A stretch of 63,992 nt of DNA, filler included, from Vicugna vicugna (lineage: Eukaryota): the NCBI GenBank assembly GCA_013265495.1. It is 77 parts of 77 records of this genome, joined end to end, with 100 filler letters (N's around TTAATTAATTAA, not from the genome) between each part and the next. Parts side by side here need not be neighbours in the genome. Positions count along the whole stretch, not along the records: positions 63,226 to 63,992 come from MU059587.1; 76 more parts are not named here. The stretch is one strand, 5' to 3'. Position numbers and translations under genes: made by a program. Shown here piece after piece: positions 63,226 through 63,992 of the stretch; position 1 is the first letter of the stretch; each line of letters begins with the position of its first letter. Under the pieces are notes generated by a model. The model worked only from the letters and a program-made list of their open reading frames with translations. It searched no databases and was not told the DNA's origin.

Positions 63226-63992
63226 TGGATTACAGACCTTTCACCCTCCGAACAAGGCGGATATAGACTTTGAATTATTTACTCTGTCTTCATAGTTTTT
63301 TCCTATCACCAGGTTCTAAAATCGGATATTTGGCACCAGAAAACACTCTTTGAGAGTATTCTCAACAATACACATGTAATTTACATTGTTTACATAACCA
63401 TGGCATTCCGTATTATGAGCATGATTCATGCATCACGGATTCCTCAAGCATACATTTCTGAGTTGTGAACATGTGCATGACTGATGTTTCAAACACGAAA
63501 CAAGTTACCTATGCACTCTGAAATATTTAATTTGACTTTGTAGCTTCTTCCTATCACCACTTTCAAGAATCACACTTTGATCCCACAAAAACCCTCTTGG
63601 AGCGAATTCTTCCCTAGAGATATGTAATTTGAATCGATTCCATCTACATGATATTCCGTGTTCCGTACATGCTTCATACATGACGGATTTGACAAACATG
63701 CATTCCTGAGNNNNNNNNNNNNNNNNNNNNNNNNNNNNNNNNNNNNNNNNNNNNNNNNNNNNNNNNNNNNNNNNNNNNNNNNNNNNNNNNNNNNNNNNNN
63801 TACACATTTTGCTTTCCCTAAAAATAGGTTCGAATTCGAGCATTTTTCACAGAAAAATATTTCTGGAACGATTTCCACCTAATAGATATGTAATTTACAT
63901 GTATTCCAACAACATTGCATTCCGGGTTCCACACATGCTACATGCAAGACGGATTCGGCAATCATGCATTTCTCACTTGTGAGCATGTGGAT
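63226..63992 (+). repeat. Trimeric ~740-bp satellite
   Basis: C (63435), A (63683) and B (63949) anchors. Confidence 0.92.

Noticed and set aside
1..63992. Apparent clustering of IGLV, satellites, LTRs and L1 as one system
   Set aside because: Adjacency across linkers is artificial and carries no synteny information.

Overview
This window is not a contiguous locus. It is a concatenation of about 77 short unplaced mammalian scaffolds (0.2-1.5 kb), joined by 76 copies of an artificial 100-nt linker (N44-TTAATTAATTAA-N44, stops in all six frames). The IGLV3-type framework (SSALTQPS), the L1 3' ends and the absence of Alu, BovB/Bov-tA or PRE elements suggest a camelid, probably an alpaca-type 'chrUn' (inference). 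About half of the scaffolds are satellite DNA from five groups: (1) a CpG-rich 267-bp satellite; (2) a diverged ~265-bp relative with higher-order-like monomer types; (3) a ~248-bp satellite; (4) a trimeric ~740-bp higher-order repeat homologous to (3); (5) an AGAATAT heptamer satellite with a 189-bp (27x7) superperiod. The rest comprises L1 fragments, ERV LTRs (one betaretrovirus-like LTR directly abutting the 267-bp satellite), a truncated immunoglobulin lambda V segment with its octamer promoter, a CpG-island promoter and a few orphan exon candidates. Almost all supplied ORFs are artefacts of N-runs or repeats. I see no convincing novel protein-coding system; the most interesting signal is the satellite architecture.
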